64,000 bases of DNA from Tubiluchus corallicola. Lineage: Eukaryota; Animalia; Priapulida. The stretch covers positions 231,520 through 295,519 of the forward strand of contig JAQGDQ010000289.1 of the NCBI GenBank assembly GCA_030141605.1, read 5' to 3'. This document shows positions 38,605-49,900 of this stretch, one piece after another. Positions within the stretch are counted from its first letter, which is position 1, and each line of letters opens with the position of its first letter. The notes beneath the pieces are model-generated. The model searched no databases, was not told where the DNA came from, and worked only from the letters and a program-made list of their open reading frames with translations. Both the position numbers and the translations under genes were made by a program.

Positions 38605-41600
38605 ATGAAGGTTTGTATTTATTGTTGTTTTTAATTTCCGTGACGCACGTCACAAGTTAATATGTTGCACACTAATGATTGTTAATGCTCAAATATTCCA
38701 AGCATGCTGACGCCGTACCTTTTAGAAATAATGAATGTAAAAATGTAAACAGTTTAGCCTAGTGTTTTTTTTTTAATGAAAAATCATCAGTTTTGGTATG
38801 CCGAGTCGCATCTTTTGTCCTTCTTGCAAATGGTTTCTTTTTTTCGCGGGTTGGACATGTAGCGCGTTACCATTTCTTCAAACTGAGAATGAAAGTTTTA
38901 TCAGAAAAATCGGTGAAACTCACCAAATTTGCGGTTTTTTGACAAAGTTTTGCACACCCTAGAGCTCCTTGTCGAAAAAATAAGACGGCCCCAGTGAGAA
39001 GACATTATATCGAGATTCTATGTTTAATGTATAAATCGACAAGAATGGTAAAATCGTTGAGGCTGTAATCATGGAAATTAATTAATTTATCACTTTTTGT
39101 CGTCACCATCGTTATCACGCTATGTGACTAATGAAGGACTTGCTCATTTTGTCACCCAATAGAAATCATAAATATGTCATGTTGGTCTCATCTGATTTGA
39201 TGTCTTTCAGCTGTTAATATCAATCAGCTGTCAAGGTTTCTGTCACGGTTAACTTTTGTCATCTGATGCTTGTTACTCACTATAGTCGTAATTGTGCCCT
39301 ATTTGCCAGATTTTTTTAATGATTTTTAAGATATAAGTAACATTTATAGCGTGACGTCTTTAACAGTTGATCAACCATTTTTGTGCTGCAGTTGTGAAGC
39401 CATTATGTTGAAATAACGGTTTCCACTTTTTCGATAAGACGTTCAGTGCGTACGCCACAAACTTTGGAAATCTTTGGAAACAATATACAAAAAAAATTCA
39501 CTGTTTAATCAGTCATCGGCAGATTTGTGAGTAATAGTGTCATGTGCTGACTAAATCGAATTTGAAAAAGAAAATAATAGTAATAATAATAAATACGAAC
39601 ATTACAAAACTAGGTTACATATGTATACCACACACACGCACGCACACACATTTGTTGTCCCATTGCAATTAAACATTTTAATTTCAGCTCATACATACGG
39701 GCACTTTTTTATGCTTCAAAAAATTCAATTTCAAATTGTTTGAATTTGTGTTTGTATCATTTTCAGATTCAAAAACAGGTGGCACTTTTGGCGTTTGCAG
39801 TTTTGTGCTGCTCATCGAGGTGTGTACACTTTTGTCTATTAAGAAATTATTTTATATTCAAATCTAATTATATTTCTGAAGAAAATAAAGCAGTTTGTAG
39901 GTTAAGTGCTAGTAACTTAGTCTTTTGGAAGTGATTTTTTTCTTGGGTAACGGTAATTTAGTGATCAAACTATACGTGCATTTACCGGAAGTAGCGGTGT
40001 TGTAAAAGTATATAGAAATTGACCATAATAGAACGTGCATACTTATCTTCTTAGCTTTTTTCCTTACTTGTGCCTATAACTAAATAACCTCAGATTTTTA
40101 AGAATATTGATCGCAAAGGCTAAAAGAAAGCCTATTATTGTGTAATATTCCATTCTGCGTTACTAATGACTGTTTTTATTTGAAGAGTATTTGCTGAATA
40201 CGGCAAAGTTTCTGCTGACGAGAAGGTGTTATACCCAGGAGGCATTGCGAGCGGAGAGGGGTAAGAAGGCATTTCAGGCTTAAAATTAAAGGCCGCTTAG
40301 ACATATTGTATATTCAAGTCTTAAGCATTCAGTCCCTTACAAATTCAAAAGCAGTAAAACAAATTAAAGTATTCAAGCAGACATCTAGCTTCGTCGCTCA
40401 AAGAATTACATAGACAAAATACTAACTGTCTTTGTTGGAATGCTGCCAAAAACGCATGCATACATTTAGAATAACATTTCTCCAGACGCAGTTTGAGGAA
40501 ACTACTGTCAAGAACAGTTTGACAAAGGTTCCATAATTATGAATTTCGCAAGAGTGTCTAAATTTCTGAAAACTTTCTAGCCACCGAGAAATTAGCCGAA
40601 AGTTCGTTTAGAATGCTCGCTGAAACAGAGTCAACAAGAGTTCAGATTACGGTGCACTAAAATAGTATACTTGAATAATTTGCTCAGCGGCCACAGTTTT
40701 TCGAACTTTGCCAGAGATTAACTTCTCAGTAAAAAAAAAACTTGAGTTTACCATCTCCACGTAAATTGGGTTTCAGCTTATTATAACGTCATTGTATTAC
40801 CATCTGGCCATGTCCGATAATAAAAATGCAAGATGGTAGGAAGGTAGCGAAGTATGGAAACGAAATAGCGGAATCTCTAATTTAATTTATCGCTTTAATT
40901 ACTGTATGATAACAGGTACCCGACTGAGACTTACGGACCTAGCGCAGACCCGCATTCTAAGAAGAAGCCACCAGGCGAAGACGTCACATACCAGGGATGC
41001 TACTCTTTCCCAAACGACTTCATACGTAAATCGCTGAGGAGGCATGATAAGGAAAATGCCAACATTAAATGTGCTGTGGGCTGCAAAAACGAAGGTTGTT
41101 TAATCATTTATATGTTTTCAAGTCCACCCTTTACCGGGTTTACCCCAATCTAAATACTGTCTTAGATAAATGTTTCTCAGCTATTTGTTTAATTGTTTGT
41201 TTACCATTTTATTTGTTGGTGTTACTGTCTTTTTTGTTGATTGGCTGACAGGCTGACTTGCTGACTGATTGGTTGTATGATTGCAATTGACTGACTGGCT
41301 GACTTACTTGTTGGCTCACTAACTGATTGACTGATTGTCTGGCTGGCTGACTGACCGACCGACTGACTGAATAATTAATTAATTAACTATTTTCTTATTT
41401 TCGTACCAGTTGATCGATTCTGTGCTTTTTCGGTTACTCACCTGTTTGCCTTCTCCTTCTGTTTCTTTGTTCTATCTGCTTAGTTCATCCGTTTTTTCAT
41501 CCCTCTGTTATTTCATCAGTACACTTGTTCGATCACTGATTCATTTGCTTATTCATAATTTGTTTTTTGCGCATTCTAGTTAACTGTTAATCCATAATTT

Positions 41601-44600
41601 AAGTTAGTATGTATTGTTTTATATTTCAGGTTATATTTTGGCATTAACACAAGACCAACTGTGCGTCTGCACGAATGACTTTCCTTACATCGATTACATA
41701 TCAACTAATTCTGGAAAAGGAACCCCTTGTGATGTCACCTGTCCAGGAGTAAGAGCCGACCCTCATTACACCTGTCTGAAGGACGAGTGTTGCGGAGGTT
41801 ATATCAAGAAGAAAAAGTCCATTTTCTCAGTTTACTCCACCGGAAGTGAGTATTGTAGTTGTCTATTTACTTGTAGCTTCGCTTAAATTATACGTAGCAT
41901 AGGTTTCTTTATCTTGCTGTTATTTTTATAAGCACCACTAAATAAAGCGATGCCGTTAGCGCAATAACATTGCGGAGTTCGTAAAACTTAAGCTGGACAC
42001 CTAGCTGGAAAATTAGCTTGAGTGAGGAGCGTCACTAATTTGACGAATCTTTGCAGGAATTCATTGAACTTAATAAACTAAACGGCATACAGAATGTTGG
42101 AACAACCGCTTCAAGTGTAAACAGGCTGTTAGTATTGCTTACTATATCAAGTGGTGGAAAAATGCACCGAAGTTTTGGTTATGGCACTAGAGGAAAAGAA
42201 TGTAACGGAATGTTTTGAAAATTACCGCACCAACGTTGTGTGCACTGCGTATAAACAACAAAAGTTTGAGGTCATTTGGACTCATTCACTTAGACTTTTC
42301 CAAAGATACAAAAGTTTTAAGTCAACAAGTCAAAAAATAAATAAGTAAATGTAGGATATAATTCGTATATCACTATTGTTAAAATTTACAATGAGTGCTT
42401 ATGTATCCACCCTTTTCAATACAGACTAGACGAAGGCGTTTCTTCCAAGAGCTGATACAGTTTCTCACTCACCTCTTTAAGCAACAGAACAACCACCTTG
42501 TTGGTCCAATTTCTTTCTTGACAACATATCTTTATCTTTATTTTTTATTTTTTGTTATGCTTTTCCATGGTGTAAACTGGTTGATTTCTTTACTGTTTTG
42601 CTACCATGTATTGAGTGCTTTAACATTACAACGTCAACGTTATCAGTTAGGCTGTTTTTCAATGGTTGATTAAAACTGACACTGTTCCATCATTGATTCT
42701 TTAACATTCGAAAGCTCTTCGGTCATACGGTAACTTAAAACCACTAAGGTTATAAACTTGTAGCCAGTGCAGCAAAAAGTTAATCTATTGTAATATCGCT
42801 GTGTGAAATTTCAACTTTGTAGGGCACTTGCTTGTAGTATTAATGCTGTCCAAACTTTGGCACATTTTTTTGCGCCAGCTGATGTATGTACCCGCAATTT
42901 GCAAGACGATGCGGTTCAAGAGCGAGATACGCACGCATCAAACAAAGTATTTTAGCCGAACAGATGCATCTTAAGTAACGAACTATGGAAACAATAAAAA
43001 TCCTTGTAAAAATGTAAAAATATGCATTTTTAAGCATTTTGGTGCAATCTGTTTGCCAGGATTGCCCTGGAGACGATTGCTATCGGCTAGCGACTTTATA
43101 AGACTTTATATGCTGCGGTCTCTATTTGTATTCGAAAAAGCAGAAAAGTTTCTTTCTGAAGGGAAATTAGGTTTTAAATTGGTGCAATATGCTACTCGTG
43201 TGCGCTACACAAGTTATTTACCGAGATGTTGTAACTCTGCTAAATTTTGCATGTTACAAATTTGCTTTTCAGTTATAGATATTTAGTTTTACATATTACA
43301 AATTTGCTTTTCAGGTATAGACATTTACCTTCAATTAAAAAGGCGGGTTTTTAGAGCACTCACAGTAGACGGATACCTAGAGAAATTGTTCCCTTATTCT
43401 TGTAAGTTGATTAACATTCTCAGGCTAAATTATAAAAACAATATCTAGTCAGGAATGTTAAGCATTCGGTTGCTGACTTAGAGTTTTTTGGCCTAATTTG
43501 TATCAGGTTTCCAGATATAAAGTACCAAATTTCGCCTTCCTAGCTGCTGCATGCCTGCTAGTCGGACTTATTTGTAAAATGTAACATGCTGTTTTGGATC
43601 ATGCCCTTCCATCGGACGTGGCTGAGTTCTGTATTACATAAACAACAATAACGAAAGCTAAGCCGATTTCACGGCGAAATTAATTTATTCATAGGAGTAC
43701 ATCGCATTTGAGAAACCCAAAATGCTTGCATAAGGAAAGTGCTAAAGTTCGAGTGTCAACAGTATGCATGTATTCATAACGGAAAGAATGAACCTGGTTG
43801 TTGTCTCGTTGCCTTATTCTTTTGTAAACCTGTAAATTCGTTTATAACGTTGGAGCTGGGAAGTTATGCAATCAATTAATCAATCAATCAATTTGCACGT
43901 TTGTAGAGTACTGTATTGATGATTTAATGTACGATTAATGTAGTGCGGTGCCTCTTTAACCCCGGGTTCCTGTTATAAGTGAGCATTGCGCCCAGTCAAG
44001 TTGATCTTGTCTGAAGGTTTTGTATAGACATGTTTAGGATTCAAGTCCATTGTTATCTACTGCTGTAACACGAGTTTCTATAAGATGGTTTGTCTGGAAC
44101 TACATTGACACTTTGAATGACAGCCTCATACATATCAGACTGAAAATGGGCAAATTATGTTACATGACTGTTGTTCTTTTAATTATTATAAATTTTTTAG
44201 TAAAATTACAAAATATAATGTATTTTCTCTTCCAGACAAAAATGCAAGGTGTTATAATGAGAAATCAAAGGGATATGGCTATTCTTTATTGGGTAATTAT
44301 GTAGCGTTTTATGGCATAACTGTATGTTATGGCAGGAAACTATACGATGTGTTTTTTGAAGAAAAATCATTTTTGACACATTTCCAATATATTTACTAAA
44401 ATTTAATGACATTATCATTTTTAACTTGAGTGTTTTTGTAACGTTTCATATCACCACGTTAAAGTCGTCTTTCTATACATCTTTCTGACCTTGGTATCAC
44501 AATAAGTTTATAATAAATTATTGATAATAAATTAATAAATTGTGATAATTTACACTTGTATAAGATAGTCTTGGTTTTGCAGATAAAATACAAATCAACG

Positions 44601-46932
44601 TGCACGACATAGAGTTACATTTGGTTGTGCTAAGGCGAGTCTTGAAGAAAAACATTCATCCGTATAATGAGGCTATTCCTTTGGGAACTTATGACGCAAA
44701 ACTTGACAATACCGACTCACCAACTGAAAATGAACTCGCTTATGTTTACGAATTTGAAGGTAGGCTAGATGCAAATGCATGAATAGTATTTTATAGGTGT
44801 TTTTGAAGCCAAACTTGAATGAAATAAAGAAGATGTACATGTCGGAAGTGAGTTTGGCGTAGTGCACGTGGTCTATTGATAAAAACTAGGATTTGAATTC
44901 TCAGCTGTGTGTGACTTCTAAAAATCTAATTGAAGATTATAATAAAACTTAATCATCAAATCGTATCACATGCTGAACGACTGATAGCTTTCAAAGGTGG
45001 AGTGGTAATATTATTACACCCATATATACAGCGATATATAATAGCGACATATACAGTAATCGCCGAGAACGATGATTTTACAAAGGCTTTCATTTTACCA
45101 CAAGTTTGAATTAGGATTTGAAAGTGACAATCCAGGGCTTGAGGTTAATGATATTAGTAAACTTTCTATAATAAAATTTTATGTAACTGAACTTTCTATA
45201 ACAACAAGATTGTAACTGGATTCTGACATTTTTATGGCTGTCTTTAGGCGTAGACATTTGTAGTTATATTTTTGTATTATACATAGTAATTATTACATTT
45301 ACGCAGAAATTGTTGTAGAGCATTATTTTTTAAGAAAAATATAAAAATAATTTTATAGAGGCAATATAGGCTTACGCGTTGTTTTCAGGTCAGTTTTAGC
45401 GCACCTATATGAGTTAAGCCGTGTTCATTTTCATGCGGTTGAGTGCTTTTGTGGCAACATTCGCCCCTTAAACTAATGCAGAGTATGGGATTACCTTTTC
45501 CGCGTCTCTGGGTATGACAATCATATTTAGCATTACGGTCATCTCTAATAATGGTGGTGCATCACGCACTGCTCTACGTTATATAATTGTATTTTTGATA
45601 CTATAACATACAATTAAAAAAGAATGCACGTTTTACTGTATAAGATAACAACTACACTATGTAATTAAAATGTCATTTAAGGATAAGATTCTTTCAGGCG
45701 CCTCAAAATTTCTAGTTTCAATTACATTTACAATAGTTCATGAAAGAAGTTTTTTAATTTTGAAATAAAAAGTTACTTGTGAACACGGCTTAACACACAC
45801 ATGAAGTAATGATTTGATTTTGGTCTGCTTGAATTTGTATACGAAGACTGCCCTTTAGTATGGAAGGCTAATTTGTCGTCGACAATGTGAAAAGTCCTTA
45901 GGCATTGTCGTTAACGATGTTTCTAAGCACAGCATTATTGTAAACAGCAAGGATGCAGGATTTATTATCTGGTGAAATGGCAACTAGCTTTTCCACTGAA
46001 AAAAGACGAAAGTAGATATTTTTAAGAAACAGCGCAACGTTCGTAGGGTCCATTCAAACTTCTTTACATTTTATTTGTGTACATGTTACTAAAATTATTT
46101 TAAGAAGTATAAGTGTGGTTTTATTATAGATATCTACGTGGATTCTTATGAAACTAGCTCGGGTTATGAAAAAGAAGTGGCGGTATCAACAAGCATTACA
46201 CCTGAAGATGCAGTGCGTGTCTTAGGATTACCCAGCAAGGTCTATCTTTTCATTTGTCAAATTTTTGTGTTTTTATTTTAAGAAACAGAATAAGTATAAT
46301 AACTTTTTTGTTAAACTAGATACTACGCTTATGTGGGAAGAACAATTTAACGATGTCTATAAAAATGACATCAAGTACATTATACCTTTGGCAAATCAAA
46401 GGGCAGTTATCAAAAATGACAAAAATTCTCATTTACAAAATAGCGGTGATACCCTACTATTTGTATAGACGCATACTATTTCATAAAATTTTGAATCCTT
46501 TATCAACTTAATGTCTTTCGAATGTGTGTTTTGCGATTAATCATTGGCTATTCTCAAAAAATGCCTCACAATACTAATAAATGTTCTACAACTGGTTTGA
46601 CAAGATCAAAGAAAATCCTCATAAGCCACTATACATATACTAAGAATACAATTCTTCCTTTCAAAAATAACAAATCTAGTTTACAGAACACCAGTATTAA
46701 TCACAGAACATTAAATTAAAAAATCAATAAAGCAAAGCAACTCTATCAAAAAAATGCGTAATGAGTCGTTTCGAATATTCCACACACGAACACAATGATA
46801 TCCATTTCAGTTGTTAATAGATGCTATGATATTCGAGACAGGCAGAGAGAAGAAAAAGAGAGAGGCGAGGAGAGAGCGAGAGACAGAGAGAGGGACGGAG
46901 GGAGAAAGACAGAGACAGAGAGAGAGAGAGCG

Positions 46933-46970
<38 letters not shown>

Positions 46971-49900
46971 TTCTTTTCCTTTTGTTGAAGGTTCTTCCCA
47001 TTTGTTTCTTGGTCGTTTTACTCCAATGCGAACTAGCTAATTTGGCACATTAAAAATTTCACCCATTTACGTGCCCTGCAATTAATCTATATAATTACAC
47101 ATATATTATATTGTAGGTGTGTATATAAATAATTTGCACACGCACGCATGTACACAACAAGTAATTGCATACAGTGATATTTACTTGTATGCATCAATAA
47201 ATAATATTTATCAAGACTTGTCAGTGGATTTAGCCACAGGTGTTTTATTAGTACGCTTTAATGAACATTTATTTTGACGTAAGCCTAACTCAATCTTAAA
47301 AAAATTAGGCTAAATATAAGTGACGGCTACACATGATATATAAGATATTATGACCCGCGTGCAGATTCTAATTTATGCGCCAGGTTGGCTTCTCACTTGA
47401 ATTCTGTGACTTGATTTTGACCTAGTTAGTTGGTTGTTATAGAGGTGATAGTATTGTCAACGTGATTCTATAACCAACTCCAAGGGGAGAGAGAGGGGAG
47501 TCGTATAGTTTTGCACACGGCGCATTTGCGAACAGCGTATGTTTTTACCATAACGCAACACTGATTGATTAGACTATCTTTAAATTTATTTATATTATGA
47601 TAGGCAATGCTTTTAAAGACAATTAAACAACACTACTGCTGCTGCTGCTCTTACTGCTACTGCTGTTGCTACTACTACTACTACTACTACTACGACTACG
47701 ACGACTACGACTACGACTACGACGACTACTACTACTACTTTTGCTTTTGTTACGTTGAGGTGAAAAGTATTTCTCACGAACGTCGGAGCAAGCGTCTCAT
47801 CACGCATCAACATGCCTACTTGAGACAAAAATTTTCCAACGTAGGCCTGTTTGAGAACACTTTTCCACTATGCGTCTTTCAGTACGTATGGCTCTTGTTG
47901 TCATAGCTGTTATTTGTCTAAGAACGATTTGCCAATAATTATTGGGTAGGGTAAGTAGCCGAGTTGTACAGCCTATATGTGCTTAGCGGCCGCAGTTAAG
48001 AAACGCAGATCCTGGTCAGCAAAAGGATTGGTAAGCGTATAGTTCAATAATCGTTCTGGGTGATTTCGTCTGTGGATGTTTAAAGAAACTTGGTTACACG
48101 TCTGGGCATGACTGAGTGAGACATGTCTAGCTGTCTGTCAATGTCTGATCTTGGGATACCATCCATGATAATGAGGCATGCACCGGGCCCGCCACAACTG
48201 TCTAAGCTGATTTGGGTTTGCGTCTGAGTGGTGAATCACAACTTGTAGAATACTACACTGCGTAAGAAATTAGCTAAGAGCAAAATGCACTTTGCAACCG
48301 AGTGGTAAGATTGCAATGGATTGGATTACAGATACAGTTTCTTAATAGTTTAAATTTAGAGATCACACACACACACACACACGCGCGCGCGCACGCACAC
48401 GCACGCACACACACACACACACACATATACTATGGTATGATTTGATTTAATTTAACTCTTTATTTCGAACTAGGTTCATAGAATACATAATATACAATAC
48501 TTACAAGATATACAATCATTATAACTCCTCCCAACATATACAAATCAATACATACATGTACATAAATAAAATAACAGTCAACACACACACACATATATAT
48601 ATATGCAATACCATACTTCCAGTCTGAATCGTCACCTATAATTTCTACATAGTACTTTCCTCCATTGATTTCTTGCGTCTCTTACGTGAAATACGTCACT
48701 GTTATTCAACGTTTTTATAAGAAGATTTGAGCTTTGCATTACTTTACCATATAAACTGTATGCAGTTTTCCTATGTATTACATCACAGTATAAAACATTG
48801 TGTTCTACTGAAATGGCCCCGGAGTTATAATCATATGAGTAGTTTAAAAATTGGCGTTTAGATTAGAAATATTGTGAGCTACTTTAAGTTTGCTGAAACT
48901 GTAGTTATAAAAATGCCGCCAGGTGGCCATACCGTAGAACGAATTACAATAAGAGTTGAACAGATGAGTTTTAACATTAAGTGAACAGCAATGAAACTTT
49001 CTAAGAACACGGTTCGCTCTAGCATAAAAAAGACTTCGTTGCCTGATAATATCCATATAATCGTTATCGCTGGTGATAATATGACCGAGAAATTTTTCTG
49101 TTTCAGACGATATAATTATCGTAACGGCTACCTTAAGTTAACCGAAATTGAACCTACACATACTGGGGGTGTAATTGTTATAAGTTTAGTGTTGTATTAC
49201 TATGTCATGACTATTTGTGTACTCAACATATCAACTAAAGTTTGTAAAACTGTGGTAGTGGATGCAAGTAAGCATCCATCATCAGGAAACATAAGGTGAT
49301 TAATGTGAGTACCACCTATCTGACAACTTAGACCGGTAGATGTGAATTCAGAACTCAAGTCTATCAAATTTAAATTAAATAGTATGGGCGACATTTTTGC
49401 ACCCTGGCAAACACCATTTGCGACTTTAAATGTGCTAGAGCAAAAATTGAGTCTATAATCAGAACAGTAATTAGATAAGGCAAGATAAGCCAAAGTTAAA
49501 AGTCTTATTAACTAAATTACAAATGTCATTATATGTCATCTGACAATGCTTCTGACAATAAAAAAACATTCTTCAGGCAGAGTCAGAATTTGGCCAAGAT
49601 GTCGCAGAAGGCGTGGCTTGGGAGACCGGATATCACCATGAAGTGTCGACAGGCATAACACAAGCTTTCGAAGTTGCTGCCTCTGTGCCACCGTTTAGTT
49701 TCGCAGAAATCAGAGCTTTTCTGGAAAAGGACATTTACGAAATAAAATGGCGAGCATCATTCTTCAGTTCTGGTTTTGTTAGCATAAACTGGTGCAATAG
49801 GTAACTATCAGAACATACTACTATATCAGAGTGTCAGTATAAAAAAGATACATATACATATGTCTACGTATTGTGATGTCGCACATTCTATCTCTACAAC

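Noticed and set aside
42395-43286. ORFs at 42395 and 43053 as extra exons of the WSC gene
   Set aside because: The first is in the wrong phase. The second has only a weak donor and is not needed, since the model closes in frame without it.
46795-47906. ER-, Y/D- and V-rich ORFs
   Set aside because: Microsatellite translations inside an intron.
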